From positions 1,178-65,177 of the forward strand of contig USFG01000008.1 in the NCBI GenBank assembly GCA_900553855.1: 64,000 nt of DNA. The letters are read 5' to 3'. Positions within the stretch are counted from its first letter, which is position 1. Each line of letters starts with the position of its first letter. The stretch comes from an uncultured Mycoplasmatota bacterium (GTDB lineage Bacteria; Bacillota_I; Bacilli_A; RF39; UBA660). A program made the translations under genes and the position numbers. The notes beneath the pieces were generated by a model. It worked only from the letters and a program-made list of their open reading frames with translations. It had not been told where the DNA came from and did no database searches. Shown piece after piece: positions 1 through 9,175 of this stretch.

Positions 1-460
1 CTCCATTTTCAGTAAGATAATTAAAAGAAGAATTAAGTATTGTTAAGTATACTCCTTTACCTGCTCTAATAGGTGGATTAGTTATAATTAAATCATATTT
101 ATCATTAATTTTATCGTACATATCACTTACAAATACGTTTGCTTTTACCTTATTAGATTTTATATTCATATTTGTTAAGTGAATAGCTCTATTATTAACA
201 TCAACCATATCAAAAGTTATATTTTTTAACTTAGATAACATTATGCCAATAAAACCTACACCACACCCCATATCTAAACCTTTAACATTATCTTTGCCAT
301 ATTTTATATATGTTTCTACTAATACTTTACTTCCTTCGTCTATTTTATCTTTAGAAAATATTCCAAGATCACTTTTAAATTTAAATGTTTCATTATTATA
401 AGTATAGTAAACATCTCTAAGTTCACTTCTTAAATTTTCATTATTATCAAAATATTGCAT
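1..460 (-). CDS. class I SAM-dependent methyltransferase, RsmC/YbxB-like; 3' end runs off the window
   Basis: Not in the ORF track because there is no stop in the window. My minus-strand translation from the ATG at 460-458 gives MQYFDNNENL...GLDMGCGVGFIGI (SAM motif I)...DLIITNPPIRAG (NPP motif). Confidence 0.75.
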   Translation of the reverse strand, partial: MQYFDNNENLRSELRDVYYTYNNETFKFKSDLGIFSKDKIDEGSKVLVETYIKYGKDNVKGLDMGCGVGFIGIMLSKLKNITFDMVDVNNRAIHLTNMNIKSNKVKANVFVSDMYDKINDKYDLIITNPPIRAGKGVYLTILNSSFNYLTENG

Positions 461-477
461 ATCTAACCTTTTATATC

Positions 478-1107
478 TTAAATTGTATATTTACGATATC
501 CTTTCTTTTTTAAATATTTATATGCTTCTAATACATTATCATCTATTTCTATTTTAGGTAAACCAAATAATTTATAGTGCTTTAACATAAATATTTCACC
601 AACTATTTCATTTATAACATCTGATTCAGACATATTATTTTCTTTAACTACTTTATTTATGTACTTTCTTAATGAAAGATTAACTGATGTTACTTTGCAA
701 TCAATATTATATTTTTGACAGATTAACTTAGTTCTTTTTAAAGCATATGGCTTATGAACAATTATTAAGTTGTTATAATTTACTTTTTTTAAAGATTTTC
801 TAATATTTTGTTTAGTTGTTTTAGCATGTTCTTCTAACACTATTTTAGCATTATTAATACCTAATTTAAGAGCATATTCTTTAAACCTTTTTGCTTCACT
901 TTTTTTTATTTTACCAAGTGTTCCTTTACCTTTATATCCACTAAAAATTATTGTTTTAAAGTTGTATTTATCATCTAATTCTTTTACTACTTCAACAATT
1001 GTAGTATCAATAGAACCACAGCCTAAGATAACATCACTTTTACTAATACTATCTTTAGTATTTAAATAATTATATATAATTTCTGCTTTATTTAATATTT
1101 CTTCCAT
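478..1107 (-). CDS. YdcF/DUF218 (ElyC/SanA-like) family protein
   Basis: 209 aa. ILGCGS...IIFSGYKGKG...SEAKRFKEYALKLGI...IVLEEHAKTTKQN matches the DUF218 pattern. Confidence 0.65.
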   Translation of the reverse strand: MEEILNKAEIIYNYLNTKDSISKSDVILGCGSIDTTIVEVVKELDDKYNFKTIIFSGYKGKGTLGKIKKSEAKRFKEYALKLGINNAKIVLEEHAKTTKQNIRKSLKKVNYNNLIIVHKPYALKRTKLICQKYNIDCKVTSVNLSLRKYINKVVKENNMSESDVINEIVGEIFMLKHYKLFGLPKIEIDDNVLEAYKYLKKKGYRKYTI

Positions 1108-1150
1108 AAATATAATTTTAACACTATATTCTTATAATTTATAACATTTA

Positions 1151-1822
1151 TTATATGTTTTTTCTATATTTTTTTATTTTTTCTTCTGTTATCGTCATTT
1201 CATTTTCAACTACATTGGCATTAAAAAATAAATCAACTAAATCACCAAAATATGTATATTTTCTTATTTTACTTAATGACAAAAATAACAAATCCTCATC
1301 TTCTTTTGATATATTTGCAAATAGAAAATTAAGTTTTTCAATTATTATCTTTTTATCTTCATTGTCCAAAATGCTCACTATTTGAGCAAATACGTGTAAA
1401 TCACGCATAGAATTTAATGAATTATCACCATACACATTTATATAATATTTTATGATATCCTGTTTATACTCTGGTTTAATATATTTTAGCACTATACCCA
1501 AATAATAATTAAAAACTGAATTTAAACGAACAGCTAGACAATGAAACATATAATTATATAAATCTTTTTCCTCAGAACTAGATTCTTCTCTAATTATTTT
1601 ATTAGTTTTGATTTTTGTTTCGCTATTGCACACATTTTGATTTTGTCTTTTGATTTCTTGCTCAACTAAATAAACAAAATTATCGCTAGTTTCATATATT
1701 TTTTTATTTTCAATTTCAATATATCCTTGCATTCCAACATCTTTTAAATTTTTAAAGCTTTCAATTATACCTTCAATTGTTGATTCAGCATAAATCTCAA
1801 TTTTATATTCATTATTTATCAT
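1151..1822 (-). CDS. hypothetical protein, translationally coupled to the upstream paralogue-family gene
   Basis: 223-aa ORF whose start overlaps the stop of 1819..2490 by 4 nt (ATGA). No motif recognised. Confidence 0.6.
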   Translation of the reverse strand: MINNEYKIEIYAESTIEGIIESFKNLKDVGMQGYIEIENKKIYETSDNFVYLVEQEIKRQNQNVCNSETKIKTNKIIREESSSEEKDLYNYMFHCLAVRLNSVFNYYLGIVLKYIKPEYKQDIIKYYINVYGDNSLNSMRDLHVFAQIVSILDNEDKKIIIEKLNFLFANISKEDEDLLFLSLSKIRKYTYFGDLVDLFFNANVVENEMTITEEKIKKYRKNI

Positions 1823-2490
1823 TTTCCATTTTCCTTAATTTTTATTTTAGGTTTTTCAACATTTTTAACACAATTAAATATGGCATTTTTTAAGTTTGGA
1901 TTTTTGCTATTTAATATTTTACAAATAGGAATATTTAAAATTATATCATTTGAATCATAAATTAAATCTGCAGTCCAAAGATTGTTAACGTTTTTGATAT
2001 TTTCTTCATCTGTACAAAATACCTTTACTATTAAATCAGGATTATAATTTGGATTTTCCTTTAATAAGTATGTAGATAACATCATAAGGTTAATATGTTC
2101 ATCTATTTCAGGAAGATAAATGCTTAAATTACTTTTTAATTTTTCGTTTTCATCAATGCTTCTTATTAATGCTTCTTCATTTAAATAAATATTAGGTCTA
2201 ACCATCCATACATTTATATTCGGCTTACATTTTATATTTCCATATTCTTTAGATATTTCATTTACCAAATCAGATAATTTAACTGTTAATGTATCTTTAA
2301 GTAAATTTTTACTATCAATTTCTAAATTTACTAGTTCTTCTTCAAGATCTTTTTGCGATTCTTTAAAATCCTTGATTAATCTATCAATATAAATTTTAAA
2401 TGCTTTTTTACGACTTTCAATTTCTTCGATAGTACTTTTTATTTCTTTTTTAGTTGTTTCATATTTTTTAATTTTTTCTATGTCTTTCAT
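1819..2490 (-). CDS. hypothetical protein, member 3 of a local three-copy paralogue family
   Basis: 223 aa. N-terminus (KKAFKIYIDRLIKDFKESQ) and C-terminus (AIFNCVKNVEKPKIKIK) align with 3027..3677. Confidence 0.65.
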   Translation of the reverse strand: MKDIEKIKKYETTKKEIKSTIEEIESRKKAFKIYIDRLIKDFKESQKDLEEELVNLEIDSKNLLKDTLTVKLSDLVNEISKEYGNIKCKPNINVWMVRPNIYLNEEALIRSIDENEKLKSNLSIYLPEIDEHINLMMLSTYLLKENPNYNPDLIVKVFCTDEENIKNVNNLWTADLIYDSNDIILNIPICKILNSKNPNLKNAIFNCVKNVEKPKIKIKENGK

Positions 2491-2504
2491 TGCTTTTCCT
2501 CCTG

Positions 2505-2986
2505 CTAATATCTTTCCAATAATTTAGTTTTCCCTTTTACTTCTTGCGGTTTTAAACAATTTATAACTGTCTTTTTTACTTCCTCATACATTACTATATA
2601 ATATAGTGATAACTCAACAAGTATTTTATCTAAGTCATAATTAATATATATTGATTTACCTAGTAAATTTTTTAATTTAAATAATTTTAATAAACAATTA
2701 TTTTTATGATTTCCATCTCTTTTTATTAAATAATATATGCTTGATTACTAAAATGAAAATCAAGGTATGGATCAAAAAATGTTCTATTATTATTTAATTT
2801 TATCGCTAATTTGCATGATAATTTATCAAATTGTTCAAATGTTGCTTCGATGGTTGATTCACTATAATTTTTAAAGTTTTCAAATGGCATATTAACAATA
2901 AACTTAACTTCTGGTTTTTCAAACTGTTTTTCTTCTACAGCTTTATCAAAATCTTCAAATTGTTGAATTTTTTCTAAATCTGTCAT
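2505..2986 (-). pseudogene. decayed member 2 of the paralogue family (frameshift plus internal deletion)
   Basis: The 86-aa ORF 2726..2986 ends ...FSNQAYII*. The adjacent frame (2508..2744) continues IKRDGNHKNNCLLKLFKL..INYDLDKILVEL..VINCLKPQE, matching the C-half of 3027..3677. This implies a 1-nt indel near 2727-2740. About 57 aa of the coiled-coil region are also missing. Confidence 0.65.
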
Positions 2987-3026
2987 TGTAGTTTCTTCTT
3001 TCTAGTTTGATTATTGCTTATTGCAA

Positions 3027-3677
3027 TTATTTATTTAAAATTTTATGTTTAATTTTAGGTTCTGGTCTTTGCAAGCAATTTATTACAGCTTGTTTAATTA
3101 TATCGTATTCAAAAACGTAATATACTGGTAATTCAATAAGTGCTTTGTCTAAATCATAATTAATTTGTATGGATTTTCCTGATAAATCAAATAATTTTAG
3201 TAAACAATCGTCTTTGCGAGGTTCATCTCTTTTCATTAAATGAATATATGCAAAACTAAAGGTATAATTGGCATTTGAATTTGTTCTATAATTATCTAGC
3301 TTAATTGTTATATTACAAACTAATCTGTCAAATTGATCAAATGTTTCCTCAATATTTTCTTCACTATATTTTTTAAAATCATCAATAGGCATTCCAACTA
3401 TAAGATTAGCTTCTGGCTTAATTTTAGTTAACTTTGCTAGTTCATCTAATAAATCTGCTAAATTAATTGTTACTGTTTTATTTTTAATGTTATCATATTT
3501 TTGATTTCTTAATTCTTCTATTTCATTTGTTATCATTGCTTGAGATTCATTAAAATCTTTGGTTAGTTTAGCAATATATTCTTTAAATGCTTTGTCTCTT
3601 TCTCTTTTTTCAATTTGTTTTAACGCTATTTGTCTATTATATTCTTCATAGGTTTGAATTAATTCTAATTCGTTCAT
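3027..3677 (-). CDS. hypothetical protein, member 1 of the paralogue family
   Basis: 216-aa ORF with a coiled-coil-like N-terminus and a C-terminus ending AVINCLQRPEPKIKHK. No family recognised. Confidence 0.65.
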   Translation of the reverse strand: MNELELIQTYEEYNRQIALKQIEKRERDKAFKEYIAKLTKDFNESQAMITNEIEELRNQKYDNIKNKTVTINLADLLDELAKLTKIKPEANLIVGMPIDDFKKYSEENIEETFDQFDRLVCNITIKLDNYRTNSNANYTFSFAYIHLMKRDEPRKDDCLLKLFDLSGKSIQINYDLDKALIELPVYYVFEYDIIKQAVINCLQRPEPKIKHKILNK

Positions 3678-3758
3678 TATATTCCTTCTTTCAAGTTCTA
3701 TTTTAGTCTACTACATATTAATATTTATTTTCAATAAATTAGAGCAAAAAAATAAAAG

Positions 3759-3944
3759 TTAATCTTCTTTATTAACTTTTATAACTTCTTTTCCCTTATA
3801 AAAACCACATTTAGTGCATGCTCTATGAGGTCTAATTGCTTCTCCACAATTTGGACAACTTACTACGCTAGCAGCAGTTTTCTTTAAATGTGTACGACGC
3901 ATTCTTTTTTTAGTTTTACTTGTTCTACGAAATGGAACAGCCAT
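3759..3944 (-). CDS. rpmF: 50S ribosomal protein L32
   Basis: [19 protein letters not shown]... with a CPNCG..CTKCG zinc ribbon. Sits directly downstream of yceD, as in Bacillus. Confidence 0.95.
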   Translation of the reverse strand: MAVPFRRTSKTKKRMRRTHLKKTAASVVSCPNCGEAIRPHRACTKCGFYKGKEVIKVNKED

Positions 3945-3965
3945 GGTATCACTCCTATTCTTTAA

Positions 3966-4370
3966 TTATTCACTTACAATTTCCCAGCCATTTCCTTTTT
4001 GGCTTTCTAATTTTGCTCCCTCTTTAGTTACTCTAATGGGGACTTCCAAGATAACATTTTCCCACAAAATGTCTAATAAATCAAGATAAAAATCATCTTT
4101 TAAGGTATTTTCTAGAATTTCTTCTTCTATATGGGTATTAATTGGAACTAGAACATCTTCTAATGTTATAGCACAAGGCATTACTATTTCTCCATCAATG
4201 TCTAAGTCTAATTCAATATTATCTTCATAATTTACTTTAACTAAACCTTTAACATGCATTCTATTTATTTTTTTAATATTTAATTTTTGATAATCTACTT
4301 TAGATAAATCTAAATCAGTATCTATTTCTAATTTTTTAAATGCATATAATTTTCTTAAATCTAGTTTCAT
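3966..4370 (-). CDS. yceD: YceD/DUF177 family protein
   Basis: 134 aa and acidic. Conserved position immediately upstream of rpmF. Confidence 0.75.
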   Translation of the reverse strand: MKLDLRKLYAFKKLEIDTDLDLSKVDYQKLNIKKINRMHVKGLVKVNYEDNIELDLDIDGEIVMPCAITLEDVLVPINTHIEEEILENTLKDDFYLDLLDILWENVILEVPIRVTKEGAKLESQKGNGWEIVSE

Positions 4371-4579
4371 TACATCATTTGATTCATTTGACGCATAACT
4401 TCTTTAACTTGTTTTTGACTAGGCTTTCTACCCATACTACTCATCATAGTTTCAATCATTTTTTCATTAATTGGGGGATTTTTCTTTAAGTATTTTTGCA
4501 TAAAATATCTTGCTAAAAAGAAACCAATTACAGCACCAATTAAAAGTCCTACAACTACAAGTAAAATATCATGTAACAT
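4370..4579 (-). CDS. yneF: UPF0154 family membrane protein YneF
   Basis: 69 aa: an N-terminal TM, then [35 protein letters not shown], typical of YneF. Confidence 0.8.
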   Translation of the reverse strand: MLHDILLVVVGLLIGAVIGFFLARYFMQKYLKKNPPINEKMIETMMSSMGRKPSQKQVKEVMRQMNQMM

Positions 4580-4610
4580 TTGTAAATCACTCCTTACGTT
4601 TTTAATTATA

Positions 4611-5030
4611 CTATATATTAACTAAATTAGATAGATAAAAATAGTCTCCTTTTTCAAAATCAATTAAAAATAAGTTAGGTATATCTTCTAAATAGTCTAA
4701 AAAATATGGAGTTATGGTATTAGTTTTTAAGATCATATAACTGTTATTAACAATAAGTTTACTAGCTTCATTAGTGTAATAACTATTAAATGTATGAACA
4801 CTGTTAAAAAGATTATAGCCATCTAAATTGCTCATTTTACCATAAATATATTTATTTAATTCTATTTTATTATATTTATCAACTAAACTGTTATATTCAT
4901 TTTTTAAATAGGTAATGTTTTCTTTGGTACCTAGTTTAATATTAAGTAATGCCTTGTAAAGATTATATGGCATATTTTTAGTTAATTTATAATAATCATT
5001 ATTAATTTTAAAAATATAAAAAGTTCGCAT
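4611..5030 (-). CDS. possible SirA (YneE)-like sporulation inhibitor of replication
   Basis: 139 aa. It lies immediately upstream of yneF, as sirA/yneE does in B. subtilis. The ends (MRTFYIFKI..., ...[10 protein letters not shown]) loosely resemble SirA. Weak evidence. Confidence 0.4.
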   Translation of the reverse strand: MRTFYIFKINNDYYKLTKNMPYNLYKALLNIKLGTKENITYLKNEYNSLVDKYNKIELNKYIYGKMSNLDGYNLFNSVHTFNSYYTNEASKLIVNNSYMILKTNTITPYFLDYLEDIPNLFLIDFEKGDYFYLSNLVNI

Positions 5031-5106
5031 TTGTTATCACCGAACTTAATATATCAATTTTTTATTTATTATTTTGTCGAATATTGTCAGTCTTTAAGTT
5101 ATTTTC

Positions 5107-5424
5107 TTATTTTTTCTTAGAAGCTTTTTTAGTAGTTGTAGTAATTTCTTCAAATTTTGCTTCTACTTTCATATTGCTTTCGACAACTGTTTTATTTGTT
5201 ACTTCTTTACCATTAGAGTACCATCCAATAAATTTTTTACCTTCCTCTTTTGGATTTTCAGGTAATTTGATTGTTTCTCCTTTAACAACTTTTATTGTTT
5301 CAACCGTTTCGTTATTGTTTGTAAATGTGACTGTAAATGTCGTTTTTACAAAGAATAATGAGTAGACGAATATCAATGTTAAAATGATAGAAACCACTAA
5401 TGTTAATATACTTGTTTTTTTCAT
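5107..5424 (-). CDS. membrane-anchored protein with one Listeria-Bacteroides repeat (Flg_new) domain
   Basis: N-terminal TM, then FTVTFTNNNETVETIKVVKGETIKLPENPKEEGKKFIGWYSNGKEV, the classic repeat pattern. Confidence 0.7.
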   Translation of the reverse strand: MKKTSILTLVVSIILTLIFVYSLFFVKTTFTVTFTNNNETVETIKVVKGETIKLPENPKEEGKKFIGWYSNGKEVTNKTVVESNMKVEAKFEEITTTTKKASKKK

Positions 5425-5457
5425 TATTATTTAACCTCCTAAGTTAATAGTACTATA

Positions 5458-6714
5458 TTATTCTTTAAAATTAAAGATATAATCCATTATTTTGACTTCA
5501 TCACCACGTTTAGCACCTAATTCTTCAAGTTTTTCATCAACGCCCATTTTTTTAAGTTTATAGGCAAAATGCATAACTGATTCGTCTTCAGTGAATCTAG
5601 TCATTTTAAATAATTCTTCGATTTTAGGCCCAGTTAATACCCAAATATTATTTTCTCTATGAATTTCAAATGGGACTTCTTCTTCATATTTATATATTTT
5701 TTCAGTTGTTGTAATACTTGGTGCTTGATTATCACTTTCTTCAACTATTTCACCTAATCTTTTAATTAAAGCATCTAATCCTTCATTATAAACTGAGCTA
5801 ATAGGATATACTTCTAGGTTAGGGTATTTTTCTTTAAATTTAGCTAAGTTTTCTTTAGATTCTGGTAAATCCATTTTGCTAGCGATTACAACACTTGGCT
5901 TCTTTATTAATGATTCATCGTACTTAGCAAGTTCATTGTAAATTGTTTCATAACTTTCTAAAGGACTAAATGAATTTTCTCCTGACATATCAATGATATG
6001 AGCAATTACTTTAGTACGCATAGCATGTTTTAAAAATTTAAAGCCTAGTCCTACTCCTTCTGATGCGCCTTCAATTAATCCTGGTAAATCAGCAATTATA
6101 TATTCTTTACCATAAGTTTTTACAACTCCTAAATTAGGAGATAAAGTTGTAAAATGGTAAGCAGCAATTTTAGGAGAGGCATTTGTTATAACACTTAAAA
6201 GAGTGCTTTTTCCGGCAGACGGAAAGCCAACTAAACCAACGTCTGCTAAAACTTTAAGTTCACATTTAACAAGAAGTTCTTCGCCGGGAGCGCCTAACTC
6301 ACTCATACGAGGGGCTGGATTATCATGAGTTGCTAAAGAACGATTTCCTCTTCCCCCACGACCACCGTGAGCAATTATCTTTGAACCAGAAATTAGATCA
6401 CATATTACTTCATTTGTTTCAAGATTGGTTACAACTGTTCCTTCAGGTACTTTAATAATGACATCTTCAGCATTAGCGCCATTTTGATCGCGACCTTTAC
6501 CATTAACTCCTTTATCGGCTTTTACTGTTTTTTGAACCTTTAGGTCAATTAAGGTTTTTAATGATTTATCAGTAGTAAATATGATATCGGCTCCTTTTCC
6601 ACCGTTACCACCATTTGGTCCACCCATTTCAACAAATTTTTCTCTTCTAAATGAGGTACAACCATCGCCACCTTTACCGGCTATTAATTTAACTGTTACT
6701 TCATCTACAAACAT
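5458..6714 (-). CDS. obg: GTPase Obg
   Basis: MFVDEVTVKLIAGKGGDGCTSFRREKF..GGPNGGNGGKGADI, a G domain (GFPSAGKST) and a C-terminal OCT domain. Confidence 0.95.
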   Translation of the reverse strand: MFVDEVTVKLIAGKGGDGCTSFRREKFVEMGGPNGGNGGKGADIIFTTDKSLKTLIDLKVQKTVKADKGVNGKGRDQNGANAEDVIIKVPEGTVVTNLETNEVICDLISGSKIIAHGGRGGRGNRSLATHDNPAPRMSELGAPGEELLVKCELKVLADVGLVGFPSAGKSTLLSVITNASPKIAAYHFTTLSPNLGVVKTYGKEYIIADLPGLIEGASEGVGLGFKFLKHAMRTKVIAHIIDMSGENSFSPLESYETIYNELAKYDESLIKKPSVVIASKMDLPESKENLAKFKEKYPNLEVYPISSVYNEGLDALIKRLGEIVEESDNQAPSITTTEKIYKYEEEVPFEIHRENNIWVLTGPKIEELFKMTRFTEDESVMHFAYKLKKMGVDEKLEELGAKRGDEVKIMDYIFNFKE

Positions 6715-6793
6715 TTATATCACATCCTTTTTATATTATTTGTTATTAATTTATTTTTATTTCTTTGCTTGGCTATATATATTAACATATTTA

Positions 6794-7054
6794 TTACTTT
6801 AATTCAATGATAGTACAGCCTTCATTTTCATTAGAAATATACATTTTTAAGATTCTTTTATCATTTTTAAATCTTAAATGTAATTCTTGTTTTAATACAC
6901 CTTCTCCTTTACCGTGCACAATTAGGATTTTTTTATGATTTAACTTTAGGTTATCGTTAATAAATTCATCGACAGGAACGTATATCATTTCTCTAGTGTA
7001 TCCGTGTAAGTCAAGACTTGGTAAGATATTTAAAAAGGGGCTACCTTTATACAT
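6794..7054 (-). CDS. Smr domain protein
   Basis: LDLHGYTREM...ILIVHGKGEGVLKQEL matches the Smr pattern. Confidence 0.75.
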   Translation of the reverse strand: MYKGSPFLNILPSLDLHGYTREMIYVPVDEFINDNLKLNHKKILIVHGKGEGVLKQELHLRFKNDKRILKMYISNENEGCTIIELK

Positions 7055-8030
7055 TGGAAGCCTCTTTATTTACATTATTATTAGATTCTTCGACTTGTTT
7101 ACTTTCTATTGTTTCCGTTGATTCAGGTTTTGTATCTACTTTAATTGAACAAGCATCAAATATTTCTTGTTTATCTAAAATGTTATCAATTGTTCCTAGT
7201 TTTTCGGACGCTTTATAACAAGCCATATTGCATATTTTGCCGATAACATCCATATCTAAATTGCTAATTATTCCGTAACAGAGCGCACCTAAGAATGCTG
7301 CTTCCATCATTAAATTATCAACTGGTTTTACTTCGATTTTAGGAATATATTTTACTTGACGATCTTTAACATAAAGTGTCCCATGATTTAGTAAGTTTAA
7401 AGTATATTTAGCATTTTCTAAGTCTTGAATTTTTTGCATTATATCTACTAAAGTTTTAGATTTATTGTAGTTAATTGCTATTTTAGTTAAAGCACTTGCA
7501 AAGTTTTCACTGGCAACAACATAGGCACATCTTTTAGATAAATTATAATATTCTTTTGATACTACATTAGCAAGCATAATCATTTTAGCGTTTGGATAGT
7601 TATTTGAGGCTCCAATTGCACCAGCCATATCTGTTCCATCAACAATTATATAATCTGGATCAAAATCAAATTTATGTTTTGTTAGAAATTGTTCATTATC
7701 AAATATGATATTAGTTCTTGTACCATTAGATTCATTAAGAACACTGTAATTTTTGTTGGTTTTTGTTTCATAATTTACTTCAACAAATTTAGTATCAATA
7801 TGATATTCTTCTAATTTAGATTTTAATTTAATTCCTTCTTCTTCTCCGCCAACAACGCCTGAATAATAAACATTTATTCCCCATTTGGCAAGCATACAAG
7901 CAACATATACGCTTATTCCTCCGTTAGAAATAATTCTTTTGGTTATTTTTTTATCTTTTCCTTCTAATGGGAAATTATCCACTATTTCAGTAACATCTAT
8001 TCTTGGCTTTCCTATCACAATAACATTCAT
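7047..8030 (-). CDS. PfkB/ribokinase-superfamily protein with a degenerate active-site motif
   Basis: 327 aa with a PfkB-like N-terminus (NGGISVYVACMLAKWG). The expected DTxGAGD motif reads VDNLMMEA. Has a low-complexity C-terminal tail. Confidence 0.6.
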   Translation of the reverse strand: MNVIVIGKPRIDVTEIVDNFPLEGKDKKITKRIISNGGISVYVACMLAKWGINVYYSGVVGGEEEGIKLKSKLEEYHIDTKFVEVNYETKTNKNYSVLNESNGTRTNIIFDNEQFLTKHKFDFDPDYIIVDGTDMAGAIGASNNYPNAKMIMLANVVSKEYYNLSKRCAYVVASENFASALTKIAINYNKSKTLVDIMQKIQDLENAKYTLNLLNHGTLYVKDRQVKYIPKIEVKPVDNLMMEAAFLGALCYGIISNLDMDVIGKICNMACYKASEKLGTIDNILDKQEIFDACSIKVDTKPESTETIESKQVEESNNNVNKEASNV

Positions 8031-8087
8031 TTATATCCCTTTACTTTCTATGAATATTATAATATACATTGATTTTATTAACAAGAA

Positions 8088-8531
8088 TTATTTTTTAATT
8101 AATGTTTTGGGCTTTTCTATTTCTTCGGTCATTAAACTTTTAATTTGATCTTTGTTTTTTATAATACAATCAGCTATTATTTTAGCTAAATTATTAACAC
8201 CTTTTAGTGTTTCAATTTTCTTATCATATAAACCATCAATTGTTATGGTTCTAATTTTATTGTTAGGATCATTTATAAGCATTATTCTAAAAATTTGTGA
8301 AAGATTATTATGTTTATTTTCAAATAAAGCATATATTAATTTATAGAAATAGTAGTATAAATCTTTATAATCTAAATCTAATATTTTGTAATTATGAATT
8401 AATGTTAAGTGGCTGAAATAAAAATCATATTTGGATTTAGATGCTTTGTGAATATTAAATTTATCTAAATTAGATGGTAATATGATAGTTACATGAGGAC
8501 ACTCTGATCTTAAATCAATTTCATCACTTCT
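8088..8531 (-). CDS. open frame continuing 8532..9173 after a single in-frame TAA; only internal ATG is at 8282
   Basis: I translated 8283..8531 by hand and found no stop and no ATG/GTG/TTG. It is in the same frame as both flanking track ORFs. Confidence 0.4.
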   Translation of the reverse strand, partial: RSDEIDLRSECPHVTIILPSNLDKFNIHKASKSKYDFYFSHLTLIHNYKILDLDYKDLYYYFYKLIYALFENKHNNLSQIFRIMLINDPNNKIRTITIDGLYDKKIETLKGVNNLAKIIADCIIKNKDQIKSLMTEEIEKPKTLIKK

Positions 8532-9173
8532 TTATTTCATTAACGAGTATTTAGAAAGTATTAACTTCTTAGCACTAGTTTGACCTTTAGTTATAGCCGT
8601 TTCAAAGAAATCTTTTCTTACTTCTTCATAACCATTTTGATTTTTACTACTGTTATAAGGATTTAATATTGTGTATTTTTGCCTTAATTCACTTGTTAAA
8701 ACACGATTATGTAATTTATGACAAAATTCACTTAAGGTAATATTTGATTCATTTTTATCAGGAAAATAATATGAATAGTTATTATTATCAAATTCATTTT
8801 TTACATAATCATCAGAACAACTTGTATAAATTTTTCCTGTTTCTATATTTCTAAACGTTTGATATTCAGTGTTATTATCATTAAATGGGACAGGAAGGCG
8901 ATAATAATCAGTTTCTTCATAACATATTTTACATTCTAACATATAATTGCTTGTATGTACTAATATACTATTTGTTTCGGTAATTTCGATATTTTTTAAT
9001 AATTCCTTTATTATGGACCACGTATCTTCGATTTGCATTCTTTCAAGTTTTATTCCATTAAGTTTTAGATATTCTAAAACATTATCTTCTTTTAATAATT
9101 GGTTAATTCTTGTTCTTCTTTCTAATTCTTGATTATACATTTTCTTTAATTTTATTAATTCTTCTCTTTTCAC
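8532..9173 (-). CDS. hypothetical protein, possibly the N-terminal part of a nonsense-split gene
   Basis: 213-aa ORF starting 2 nt after the XRE-CYTH gene stop. No motif recognised. Confidence 0.6.
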   Translation of the reverse strand: MKREELIKLKKMYNQELERRTRINQLLKEDNVLEYLKLNGIKLERMQIEDTWSIIKELLKNIEITETNSILVHTSNYMLECKICYEETDYYRLPVPFNDNNTEYQTFRNIETGKIYTSCSDDYVKNEFDNNNYSYYFPDKNESNITLSEFCHKLHNRVLTSELRQKYTILNPYNSSKNQNGYEEVRKDFFETAITKGQTSAKKLILSKYSLMK

Positions 9174-9175
9174 TA

